DNA from: Chloroflexota bacterium
GTDB lineage: Bacteria; Chloroflexota; Limnocylindria; P2-11E
NCBI GenBank assembly: GCA_021787445.1
Contig: JAJYLV010000001.1
Span: 6,968 to 70,967, forward strand
DNA: 64,000 nt
Direction of reading: 5' to 3'
Each line of letters begins with the position of its first letter. Position 1 is the stretch's first letter. Below the pieces are notes generated by a model. It ran no database searches. It was not told the DNA's origin and was given only the letters and a program-made list of their open reading frames with translations. This document shows positions 30,967 to 40,939 of the stretch, piece after piece. The position numbers and the translations under genes were made by a program.

Positions 30967-31194
30967 GTGAGCTATCGGGTGCGGAGCGTCGGGCGGTGGC
31001 GCGACCTCGCCGACGCGCGCGACGAGTCCGTCGACCGCCTCGCGTTCGCCCTCGCGGTCTTCGGCGCGGAAGCGACGCTGCGCCACGTGCGCCGCGCCGG
31101 CACCGTCACGCTGTACGACCGCCACGGACGCGAGCTGCTCGCGTACGAGGGCGAGCGTCTCGCCGTCCGCGGCGGTCCCTACCTGCGCAGGTAG
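30967..31194 (+). CDS. Hypothetical 75-aa protein divergent from the XRE regulator gene.
   Basis: The GTG start at 30967 lies in the frame of track ORF 30793-31194. Third codon positions are strongly GC-rich, and the product VSYRVRSVGRWRDLADARDESVDRLAFALAVFGAEATLRHV... is non-repetitive. The overlapping Arg-rich frame 30882-31223 is judged an artefact. Confidence 0.35.
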   Translation: MSYRVRSVGRWRDLADARDESVDRLAFALAVFGAEATLRHVRRAGTVTLYDRHGRELLAYEGERLAVRGGPYLRR

Positions 31195-31247
31195 ACGCCC
31201 GATCGAAGGCGCGGATCCGATAGACTCGAGGTCTCCACCTCGATATC

Positions 31248-31320
31248 GGCTGGGTAGCTCAGTGGTCAGAGCAGGCGACTCATAACCGCCAGGTCGTGGG
31301 TCCGATCCCCACCCCAGCCA
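31248..31320 (+). tRNA. Elongator-type tRNA with anticodon CAT (tRNA-Met, or possibly tRNA-Ile2 read by lysidine).
   Basis: The acceptor is GGCTGGG/CCCAGCC, the D arm GCTC-AGTGGTCA-GAGC and the anticodon loop CTCATAA. The T arm is GTGGG-TCCGATC-CCCAC and the discriminator is A. It lies immediately upstream of tilS, 6 nt before the tilS ATG. Confidence 0.75.
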
Positions 31321-31325
31321 CCGCC

Positions 31326-32756
31326 ATGACGAGCGCGACGACACCCGAGCGGATCCGCGAGACCGTGCGTCGCTACGCGCGGGAGCACGACCTCCTGCAT
31401 CCCGGCGCGATCGTCGTCGCCGTGTCCGGCGGCGCGGATTCGACGGCGCTGCTGCTCGTGCTCGCCGACCTCGCCCCGGAGCTCGGCCTCGTCCTTCATG
31501 TGGCGCACTTCGATCACCGCATCCGGCGGAGCGGCGCGGCGGACGCGCAGGCGGTCGCGGACCTCGCGGCGCGCGTCGGCGCGCCGATCCACGTCGGCCG
31601 GGCGGAGCGCGTGCCGCGCAGCGAGGACGAGGCGCGCCGGGCCCGCTATGCCTTCCTCCGGCGCGTCGCCGCGGACCGCGGAGCGGCCCAGGTCGCGACC
31701 GGGCACACGCGCGACGACCAGGCGGAGACGGTGCTCCTGCACATGGCGCGGGGGAGCGGCATCGGGGGTCTCGCGGGGATGCGTCCGTCGCGCGACGGCA
31801 TCGTGCGTCCGCTCCTGTGCATGGGCCGGGCGGAGACCGAGGCGGTATGCCGCGCCGCGAGGTCGACGCCACGCGAGGATCCGTCGAACCGGTACCTGCG
31901 CTACGCGCGCAACCGCATCCGGCGGAAGGTCCTGCCGGAGCTGCGCGCCATCAACCCGCAGGTGGCGGCGGCGCTGGCGCGTCTGGCGGACAGCGCCGCC
32001 CTCGCCGCGCACGCGGCGCGCGGCGCGGCGGAGCGCGCTCTCGTGGCGGCCCAGCGTGACGGCGCGGTCGATCTCGACGCGCTCCGCGCCGTGGACCCCG
32101 TCACCGCCGTCGACGCGCTCACGCTCGCGTGGGAGCGGGCGACGGGGAACGTCCTCGCGGCGGCGCATCGCGAGGCGCTCGCGCACGTGGCCGCGCGGCG
32201 GGACGGCAGCATGTCGCTCGACCTTCCCGGTGGCCGCATCGTCCGCGAGTACTCCTCGCTTCGGATCGAGAGGCGCGCCGCTCCCGCCTCGGAAGCGGCC
32301 GCGGGTCGCGGCCCGACGCACGATGGGCCGTCCGCGGCGCCGCCTGGTGACCTTGCTCTCTCGCTCGGCGAGCCGGTGGAGTGGAACGGTTGGCGCATCG
32401 AGCTCCTCGAGAGGCGCCCGGAGGCCGCGTGCGACGTCGCAGCGCTCATCCCCGCGGGCGACGCGGACGGACTCGTCGTGCGCGCGCGCCGCGCGGGCGA
32501 CCGGATGGCGGGGTCGCATACGAGGATCCAGGACGTGTTCACCGACGCGAAAGTCCCGGCGCGCCAAAGGTCCCTGCTGCCGCTGGTCGCGACCCGCAGC
32601 GGAGAGGTCGCTTGGATCCCGGGTATCGCGGCCGCGTGGAATGAGGTGTCAGACGGGTACGTTCTTGTGGCACACCCACCAGCGGCATGGGAGATGCCCC
32701 GCCGGGCCCCGGGATCGCGCGTAGCATCTTCGTATATGGGCACAGAGGGAGACTGA
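31326..32756 (+). CDS. tilS: tRNA(Ile)-lysidine synthetase.
   Basis: The PP-loop motif VAVSGGADSTALL is present, followed by HFDHRIR, then the TilS substrate-binding and C-terminal domains. The start is the ATG at 31326. The track ORF 31296-32756 begins inside the tRNA. Confidence 0.8.
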   Translation: MTSATTPERIRETVRRYAREHDLLHPGAIVVAVSGGADSTALLLVLADLAPELGLVLHVAHFDHRIRRSGAADAQAVADLAARVGAPIHVGRAERVPRSEDEARRARYAFLRRVAADRGAAQVATGHTRDDQAETVLLHMARGSGIGGLAGMRPSRDGIVRPLLCMGRAETEAVCRAARSTPREDPSNRYLRYARNRIRRKVLPELRAINPQVAAALARLADSAALAAHAARGAAERALVAAQRDGAVDLDALRAVDPVTAVDALTLAWERATGNVLAAAHREALAHVAARRDGSMSLDLPGGRIVREYSSLRIERRAAPASEAAAGRGPTHDGPSAAPPGDLALSLGEPVEWNGWRIELLERRPEAACDVAALIPAGDADGLVVRARRAGDRMAGSHTRIQDVFTDAKVPARQRSLLPLVATRSGEVAWIPGIAAAWNEVSDGYVLVAHPPAAWEMPRRAPGSRVASSYMGTEGD

Positions 32757-32757
32757 C

Positions 32758-34704
<1,947 letters not shown>

Positions 34705-34801
34705 GCGGCGCCGCGATCGGCGGCCGACATCGCGGCGTTACATCGAAGACACGCGATCGCGCGCTCGCCCGTCCGGCACGACGGTTGCTCTTCTCGGCGG
34801 C

Positions 34802-34942
34802 ATGGACGACGACGTCACGCGCCGGCGCGACGCGCCGGTCAGCGCCACGCAGACGCTCCTGCTGGGGGTGTTCACGACCTTCCTCGCGCTCGCGTTCGTT
34901 CTCCTCCTGATCGGCGATCAGGTCTCGGCGCACAGGTTCTAG
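34802..34942 (+). CDS. Hypothetical 46-aa single-TM micro-protein.
   Basis: The product is MDDDVTRRRDAPVSATQTLLLGVFTTFLALAFVLLLIGDQVSAHRF, with GC-rich third codon positions. It lies in the intergenic gap after ftsH. Confidence 0.3.
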   Translation: MDDDVTRRRDAPVSATQTLLLGVFTTFLALAFVLLLIGDQVSAHRF

Positions 34943-34971
34943 CGCGCGCCCGCGCGCCTAGGCTCCGCCGT

Positions 34972-35559
34972 GTGCCTCGCCTCTTCGCCGCCATCCCCGT
35001 CCCGCCCGGGGTCGCCGCGTCCCTCTCGGACGCGCTTCCGGGCGGCCTTCCCGCGCTGCGGCGGGTCGCGCCGGAGCTGCTGCACGTCACGCTCGCCTTC
35101 GTCGGGCAGGTGGGGGAGGACCGCGTCTCCGGTGTGCGCGCCGCGCTCGCGGAGTCCGTGCGCGGCGTGCCCGCTTTCCGCGTCGCGTTCACCGGTCTCG
35201 CGCTTTTCCCAGAGCACGGGCCGCCGCGGATCGTGTGGGCGGCGACGGATGCCGGGCGCGAGATCGAGCGGACCGGCGCCGCCGTGCGGCGCGCCCTGGA
35301 CGAGCACCGGATCCCCTTCGACCGCAAGCCTCTGCGTCCCCACGTGACGCTCGCCCGCGTCCGCGACGGAGCGCGCGCGACGGACGCGGCCGCCATCGCC
35401 GAGGCCGTCGCCGCGGCCCGGGTGCCGGAGGGGCTCGCCTTCGCCGCGGACGCCCTCCACCTCATGGAAAGCGTCCTCTCGCGCTCTGGCCCGCGCTACT
35501 CTTCGATAGCGCGTGTGGCGCTCGTCGACGACGGGACGGACGGCGCACCGGGGGGGTGA
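34972..35559 (+). CDS. thpR: RNA 2',3'-cyclic phosphodiesterase (2H phosphoesterase, LigT/ThpR family).
   Basis: Two H-x-T-x motifs, HVTLAF and HVTLAR, are spaced as in LigT. Confidence 0.75.
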   Translation: MPRLFAAIPVPPGVAASLSDALPGGLPALRRVAPELLHVTLAFVGQVGEDRVSGVRAALAESVRGVPAFRVAFTGLALFPEHGPPRIVWAATDAGREIERTGAAVRRALDEHRIPFDRKPLRPHVTLARVRDGARATDAAAIAEAVAAARVPEGLAFAADALHLMESVLSRSGPRYSSIARVALVDDGTDGAPGG

Positions 35560-35563
35560 GGAT

Positions 35564-35827
35564 GTGTCCGCGGAGCAGCTGCACGCGATCCTCGACCGCG
35601 CGATGGCCGACGAGGCCTTCCGCGAGCTGCTCGCGCACGATCCGGAGACGGCGCTTGCCGGCTACGACCTCTCGCCCGAGGAGCGGGGCTCGTTCGGAAG
35701 TGGGACCGCGCGCGCGGAGAGGCTGGAGCCGCGCGTCTCGAAGAGCGACCTGTCGGCGGGCCTGGGAGTGAAGACGGGGACCGTCGACATCCGGCCCCCC
35801 TCGCAGACGATCCGGCCGCGCCGGTAG
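35564..35827 (+). CDS. Small protein (87 aa) with an NHLP/Nif11-like leader-peptide domain, a candidate RiPP-type precursor.
   Basis: The GTG at 35564 sits 4 nt after a GGTGAGGA Shine-Dalgarno sequence that lies inside the thpR 3' end. The segment SAEQLHAILDRAMADEAFRELLAHDPETALAGYDLSPEERGSF resembles the nitrile-hydratase-leader-peptide / Nif11 leader consensus (..AW.DEAF+.+LL..P.aAL...g..LpE..). Third codon positions are strongly GC-rich. The C-terminal 40 aa are Cys-free and Gly/Arg/Pro-rich. Confidence 0.5.
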   Translation: MSAEQLHAILDRAMADEAFRELLAHDPETALAGYDLSPEERGSFGSGTARAERLEPRVSKSDLSAGLGVKTGTVDIRPPSQTIRPRR

Positions 35828-35830
35828 GCG

Positions 35831-37777
35831 TCAGGACAGCCCCGGCTCCGGCCGGGAGCGCGCGTCGAGCGCCTCCATCGCGAACGGCGACACGCACATG
35901 ACGGCGACGCCCGCGGCCGCGACGACGCCGATGGCGGTGCGCGCCGGATCGCCGACGTACGCCGCCAGGAGCGTGTTCGCGACGGCCGGTACGCCGGCGA
36001 GGGCGATCGCGCTCGCGCCGAGGACGTAGGCGAGCGCCGCGAGGACGTACGCGACGGCTCCGGCCTCCCGTCGCGAGCGTGGCCGGCGGGGACGCCGCGC
36101 GAGGTCGCCGAACACGAAGCGCATGGCTTTGCGGCGCAGGGCGTTCGTATCGGTGAGGTCCGCGAGGACGTAGTAGCCGTCGAACTCGAGGAGCGGCGAA
36201 AGGTTGAACGCGACGAGGACGACGTTCGTCAGCGAGAGCCAGACGAGGAGGTCTTGTGCGGCCCCCGACGCGAGGCGCGCCGCGAGCCCGAGGACGCCCG
36301 CGAGCGCGAGGTTGAACAGGGGGCCCGCGGCGTTGACGCGGATCCGTCCCCAGCGGCGGATCGACCAGGTGGACGACGTGTCGACGTAGACGACCGGTGT
36401 GAACCAGAAGAGCCCGATGCCGGCGCGCCCGAGGCGCGACCCCTCCGCCTTCGCCGCGAGAGCGTGCGCGACCTCGTGGCCGATCCCGGCGAGGAGCAGC
36501 GCGACGAACGCCACGGCGACCCCGGCGATGCCGAACGCCGTCGGCGATGCGCCGCGCAGGACGGGCAGCGCGGCGACGAGGCCACCGATCCCGACGACGA
36601 TGGCGACGCCGGCGGCGGGGCCGGAGAACAGCGGCCGCAGGACGCGATGGAGCGCCGTCGCCGCGCCGTCGGCGCTCGCCAGCTCGACGTGCGGCGCCAG
36701 GACGGCGTCGATCGCGCGCAGGATCCGCCCGTTGCCGCCCGGCGTCGCCACGCGCGGCGCGGTGGCGAGACCCGCGACCTGCAGCGCGGCGACCGTCGAG
36801 AAGACGGCGTGCGGGTCGAGCCGTCCGGTCCGCTCGAAGTGCCGCAGCGAGAGGTCGCGCAGCGTGCGCTCGCCGTCCAGGTCCTCGTAGATCGCGAGCG
36901 CCTGGCGGTCGAGGCGGAGGTACACGCCGCGCTGCGGGTCGCCCACGATGACCGCGTCGGGATCGTCCGGAGCCGTGTCGATGCGATGCTGCCCCGCCCG
37001 GCGCGGAGCGTGGCGCGCCTGCATGACGGAGCGGACGCGCTCGAGGAGAGCGCGGTGCCGGATCACGACGGAGCGGACGTCGGCGCCGGGTATGACGAGG
37101 GCGTCGACGTCCGTGACGCATCGCACCAGCGCGGTCCGGGGCGACCCGGTGAGGACCGCGATCTCGCCGACGAGCGCGCCGGATCCGAGCCGTGACAGGA
37201 CGCGCTCCTCGGTGCCATCCGTCCGGACCACCTCGACCGTTCCCTCGCGCACGAGGTACACCTCGTCACCGCGCTCGCCCTGTCGCATGAGCACGGTGCC
37301 CGCGCCGAGGTGCACGGGGCGGAGACGCGCGGCGAGCTCCTCGGTCTCGTCCGAGGGGAGGTCCGTGAACGGCCCGGACCGGCGGAGGAACGCGTTCGCG
37401 CGCCGCGCCTCGGCGAACGACGCGAGCATCCGGGCGAAGTCCTCGTGGCGCTTCGCCACCTGGCGCAGGTCGGCCGCCTCGATCCGCAGGGCACGCACGG
37501 GGTCGAGGGCCACGACCGCGGCCGAGCGGCGCAGGCCGCCGAGGACCGCGAGCTCGCCGGTGAGGGCCGGTGCGGCCATCGTCGCGAGCGCGGTGCCGTC
37601 GTGCCCGATCACGCGGACGCGCCCGCTCAGCACGGCGAAGGCCGCGTCCGAGGCCTCACCCGGACGCATGAGCGGCTCGTCGCGCCGGAAGCGCACCGGA
37701 CGCGCGCGCGCGGCGAGCTCGGCGCGCGCCGCGGCGGGAAGGCCGAGGAATGGGCCGAAGGCGAGGTCGTCCGCCAC
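35831..37777 (-). CDS. Multi-domain membrane protein with two N-terminal cyclic-nucleotide-binding (CAP-like) domains fused to a C-terminal M50/site-2-protease-like polytopic zinc metalloprotease domain.
   Basis: Two cNMP-binding folds are present, including LGSGALVGEIAVLTGSPRTALVRCVTDVDALVI and the earlier TGELAVLGGLRRSAAVVAL. The C-terminal half has at least 6 TM helices carrying an HEVAH motif (HExxH) inside a helix and a downstream NLSPLLEFDGYYVL motif, which is the LDG-type third zinc ligand of S2P proteases. Confidence 0.65.
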   Translation of the reverse strand: MADDLAFGPFLGLPAAARAELAARARPVRFRRDEPLMRPGEASDAAFAVLSGRVRVIGHDGTALATMAAPALTGELAVLGGLRRSAAVVALDPVRALRIEAADLRQVAKRHEDFARMLASFAEARRANAFLRRSGPFTDLPSDETEELAARLRPVHLGAGTVLMRQGERGDEVYLVREGTVEVVRTDGTEERVLSRLGSGALVGEIAVLTGSPRTALVRCVTDVDALVIPGADVRSVVIRHRALLERVRSVMQARHAPRRAGQHRIDTAPDDPDAVIVGDPQRGVYLRLDRQALAIYEDLDGERTLRDLSLRHFERTGRLDPHAVFSTVAALQVAGLATAPRVATPGGNGRILRAIDAVLAPHVELASADGAATALHRVLRPLFSGPAAGVAIVVGIGGLVAALPVLRGASPTAFGIAGVAVAFVALLLAGIGHEVAHALAAKAEGSRLGRAGIGLFWFTPVVYVDTSSTWSIRRWGRIRVNAAGPLFNLALAGVLGLAARLASGAAQDLLVWLSLTNVVLVAFNLSPLLEFDGYYVLADLTDTNALRRKAMRFVFGDLARRPRRPRSRREAGAVAYVLAALAYVLGASAIALAGVPAVANTLLAAYVGDPARTAIGVVAAAGVAVMCVSPFAMEALDARSRPEPGLS

Positions 37778-37819
37778 GTCGGACGGAGCGTATCGGGCGC
37801 TCGCCGGTGGCGGGTCGGG

Positions 37820-38314
37820 CTAGGCGGAGAACTCCCGCGCGAGCAGGGCGCGCTCGCCGCGGCGCACCCGCGGCGGCAGCACGATCCCGCGGCGGCGGTA
37901 GTTCGCGTACGCGTAGCGGTCGCATTGCACCTCGGCGGACGTGCCCCAGCCGTGCACCAGGAAGAGCCAGTAGTGGCAGAACTCGTGGAGATAGAGGAAG
38001 CGGATCACGTCCCGGCGGGTGCGGAAGGGGACGAGGGGCCGTCCCAGGCTCCCGAGGTCGCAGACCTCCGCGAACGGGAGGAACGGCTCCGGTACCTGGA
38101 GCACCATCTCGGGCCGGTCCCAATAGGTGAAGGCCTGGAGATGCGGGCGGGTCCGGTAGCGGAGAGGCTTCACGCTGAGGCGGTAGCCGGTGGCCATCGG
38201 CAGCCCGCGCACGACGTCGCGGATCTTCTCCGCGGGATGGCTGGACAGCGCCGAGCGGACCGCCATCGGGCCGAGCGGGCGACCAGGGCCTTGGCGGGCA
38301 GGAATGATGGCCAT
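37820..38314 (-). CDS. SprT-like HExxH zinc-metallopeptidase-domain protein (164 aa).
   Basis: FLYLHEFCHYWLFLVHG parallels the SprT/Spartan motif LLHEMIHAYLF, with a third His 7 residues downstream. The composition is non-repetitive. It lies 43 nt upstream of, and is co-oriented with, the cNMP-M50 gene. Confidence 0.5.
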   Translation of the reverse strand: MAIIPARQGPGRPLGPMAVRSALSSHPAEKIRDVVRGLPMATGYRLSVKPLRYRTRPHLQAFTYWDRPEMVLQVPEPFLPFAEVCDLGSLGRPLVPFRTRRDVIRFLYLHEFCHYWLFLVHGWGTSAEVQCDRYAYANYRRRGIVLPPRVRRGERALLAREFSA

Positions 38315-38464
38315 GGAGCCTCAATGTACGGATGCGGATCGCGCGTCCGTTCCTGGTGGCTGGGGCGCCTCGCCCGGCCGCCTCTTGACGATCGCAAAAG
38401 CCCCTCCGGACGGCCTCCTGCTTGCCGCGCCGCCGCCCCCGCGCCTACCATCGGGCCAGCGTCG

Positions 38465-38722
38465 CTCGAGCGGGAGCGAGTAGGTCGCGGGAGCCGGTCA
38501 GAGAACCCCGGTCGGTGAGAAGGGGAACGGCGAAGGCGACGGAATGGGTCCCGCGAGACGCCGCCCTGAAAGCGCGAGCGAGTAGGGGCGGCCGGAAGCC
38601 CGCCGTTACCACCGGGCGGCCTGTATCTGCAGGCGCATGAGGCCCGCGGCGCGAGCCGCGAGCGAGTTCGGGTGGCACCACGACCCTCGTCCCGATGTTG
38701 GGGACGAGGGTCTTTGTTTTTT
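38465..38722 (+). promoter_or_regulatory. T-box riboswitch leader, probably tryptophan-specific, with a terminator/antiterminator in front of trpE(G).
   Basis: The conserved T-box sequence AGTTCGGGTGGCACCACG at 38665-38682 matches the consensus AAUUAGGGUGGNACCGCG, with N=C as expected for the G73 discriminator of tRNA-Trp. It overlaps the 5' arm of a perfect 12-bp terminator helix. An F-box-like CCGTTACC is present, there are duplicated GAGTA and AGAGA elements typical of Stem I, and a candidate UGG specifier lies at GGAATGGG. Confidence 0.6.
38682..38722 (+). terminator. Intrinsic terminator (attenuator) of the trp T-box leader.
   Basis: GACCCTCGTCCC-gatgttg-GGGACGAGGGTC is a 12-bp perfect stem followed by TTTGTTTTTT. 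It ends 10 nt before the trpE(G) ATG. Confidence 0.75.
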
Positions 38723-38732
38723 GGAGGCGGCG

Positions 38733-40937
38733 ATGGCGGAGACAGGCGAAAGGACGGCGCGCTACCGGACGCGTGGCGGCATCGGCGTCGTCCGGACGTC
38801 GACGCCGCTCGACCTGCCGGGCGCGATCGAGCCGATCGTCGACGCGCTCGACGAGCGCCTCGGCGTGCTCCTGGCCTCGAGCTACGAGTACCCGGGGCGG
38901 TACACGCGCTGGGACATCGGCTTCGTCGATCCGCCGCTGCGGGTCACGACGCGTGACCGGTCGTTCACGCTCGAAGCGCTCAACGATCGCGGCGCCATCC
39001 TCCTGCCGCGGCTCGCGCGGCATGTCGGCGCGCTGGATGCGGTCGAGAGGATCGACCGAACGGAGCGGCTCATCGAGGGGCGCATCCGCGAGGCGGAGCG
39101 GCGCTTCTCGGAGGAAGAGCGGAGCAAGCAGCATTCCGCTTTCTCGCTCATCCGCGGGGTCGTCGACCTCTTCGCGGCCCCGGAGGACAGGCACCTCGGC
39201 CTCTACGGCGCGTTCGCCTACGACCTCGCGTACCAGTTCGAGCGCATCGCGTACCGGCTCCCGCGGCCGGCCGACAAGCGCGACCTCGTGCTGTTCGTCC
39301 CCGACGAGCTCATCGTCGTCGATCACCGCCGCGAGGTCGCCACGCGGCACCGCTACGACTTCGAGGTGGACGGTCGCGTGACCGTCGGCCTCGAGCGGAC
39401 GGGCACCCGGGTCCCCCTCGCGCCCGCCCGCGCTCCCGAGCACGCTAACGACCACGCCCCCGGGGAATACGCCGCCACCGTGCGCGTCGCCCGCGAGGCG
39501 TTCGCGCGCGGCGACCTCTTCGAGGTCGTGCCGGGGCGGACCTTCTTCGAGTCGTGCGCTGTCCCGCCGTCCGAGCTCTTCCGGCGGCTGCGCGAGCGGA
39601 ACCCCGCGCCGTATGGCGCGCTCATGAGCCTCGGCGAGGGGGAGCACCTCGTCAGCGCGTCACCGGAGATGTACGTGCGCGTCGAAGGGACGCGCGTCGA
39701 GACGTGCCCGATCTCGGGCACCATCGCGCGCGGGATCGACGTCATGGGCGACGCCGACCACATCCTCGAGCTGCTCAACTCCGCCAAGGACGCGTCCGAG
39801 CTGACGATGTGCACCGACGTCGACCGCAACGACAAGTCGCGGATCTGCGTGCCCGGGAGCGTGCGAGTGATCGGGCGGCGGCAGATCGAGATGTACTCGC
39901 GCGTCATCCACACCGTCGACCACGTCGAGGGAACGCTGCGCGACGGCTACGACGCGATCGACGCGTTCCTCAGCCACGCCTGGGCGGTGACGGTCACGGG
40001 CGCGCCCAAGCTGTGGGCGATGCGGTTCATCGAGGCGCACGAGCGCTCGTACCGCGCGTGGTACGGCGGCGCGATCGGCGTCATCGGGTTCGATGGGAGC
40101 ATGAACACGGGGCTGACGCTGCGGACGATCCAGCTGAAGGGCGGCGTCGCGCAGGTCCGCGCGGGCGCGACGCTGCTCATCGATTCCGACCCGGAGGCGG
40201 AGGAGCGCGAGATCGACCTCAAGGCCGCGGCGTTCTTGGACGCCATAAGGCGTGCGCCGGGACGGATCGAGGGCGCGGCCCCGGAGAAGCCGCGCCGAGC
40301 CACGGACCTCCGTGGCGTCCGGGTGCTTCTCATCGACTACGAGGACTCGTTCGTGCACACCCTGGCGAACTACATACGACAGACCGGGGCGGAGGTGTCG
40401 ACGATCCGCGCGGGGCTCACGCGCGAGCAGCTCGCCGAGCAGCTCGCGGCCTACCGGCCGGACGGCGTCGTCCTCTCTCCCGGCCCCGGATGCCCGGCCG
40501 ATCTCGACGTGTCGCTCGCCGTCGGCGCCGCCGTCGAGGCGGGCCTGCCCCTCTTCGGCGTGTGCCTCGGGCTCCAGGGGATCGTCGAGCACTTCGGCGG
40601 GAAGCTCGGAGTGCTGCCGTACCCGATGCACGGGAAGGCCTCGCGGATCGACGTCCTCGGCGGGGCCATCTTCGAGGGTGTCCCCACGCCGTTCCGCGCC
40701 GGCCGGTACCACTCGCTGTACGCGCTGCGCGAGGCTCTGCCGGCAGACCTGCGCGTCACGGCGGTGGCCGACGACGGCGTCATCATGGCGATCGAGCACA
40801 CGCGGCTGCCGATCGCCGCGGTCCAGTTCCATCCCGAGTCGATCCTCACGCTGAAGGACGAGGTCGGGTCGCTCATCGTGCGCAACGTGGTCGAGCGGCT
40901 GGTGGCGCGAAGGCCGGCGCTGGCCGGAGGAAGGTAG
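38733..40937 (+). CDS. trpE(G): Anthranilate synthase with fused component I (TrpE) and glutamine amidotransferase component II (TrpG).
   Basis: The N-terminal 500 aa form a chorismate-binding TrpE domain (LMSLGEGEHLVSASPEMYVRV, CPISGTIARG, GYDAIDAFLSHAW, GAPK, RAWYGGAIGVIGFDG). The C-terminal 200 aa are a class-I GATase with the catalytic Cys context LPLFGVCLGLQ and HS..V.FHPES. The start is the ATG at 38733 behind a GGAGG ribosome-binding site. The upstream part of track ORF 38637-40937 belongs to the T-box leader. Confidence 0.8.
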   Translation: MAETGERTARYRTRGGIGVVRTSTPLDLPGAIEPIVDALDERLGVLLASSYEYPGRYTRWDIGFVDPPLRVTTRDRSFTLEALNDRGAILLPRLARHVGALDAVERIDRTERLIEGRIREAERRFSEEERSKQHSAFSLIRGVVDLFAAPEDRHLGLYGAFAYDLAYQFERIAYRLPRPADKRDLVLFVPDELIVVDHRREVATRHRYDFEVDGRVTVGLERTGTRVPLAPARAPEHANDHAPGEYAATVRVAREAFARGDLFEVVPGRTFFESCAVPPSELFRRLRERNPAPYGALMSLGEGEHLVSASPEMYVRVEGTRVETCPISGTIARGIDVMGDADHILELLNSAKDASELTMCTDVDRNDKSRICVPGSVRVIGRRQIEMYSRVIHTVDHVEGTLRDGYDAIDAFLSHAWAVTVTGAPKLWAMRFIEAHERSYRAWYGGAIGVIGFDGSMNTGLTLRTIQLKGGVAQVRAGATLLIDSDPEAEEREIDLKAAAFLDAIRRAPGRIEGAAPEKPRRATDLRGVRVLLIDYEDSFVHTLANYIRQTGAEVSTIRAGLTREQLAEQLAAYRPDGVVLSPGPGCPADLDVSLAVGAAVEAGLPLFGVCLGLQGIVEHFGGKLGVLPYPMHGKASRIDVLGGAIFEGVPTPFRAGRYHSLYALREALPADLRVTAVADDGVIMAIEHTRLPIAAVQFHPESILTLKDEVGSLIVRNVVERLVARRPALAGGR

Positions 40938-40939
40938 CC

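Noticed and set aside
34705-34800. Hairpin GCCGCGAT...ATCGCGGC after ftsH as an intrinsic terminator.
   Set aside because: There is no U-tract and the loop is long. It may still act as a weak or Rho-associated terminator, but the evidence is insufficient.
38637-38732. Possible trp leader peptide or upstream extension of trpE (track ORF start 38637).
   Set aside because: There are no tandem Trp codons and only a single W. The region instead carries T-box sequence and a terminator, and the GGAGG ribosome-binding site precedes the ATG at 38733.
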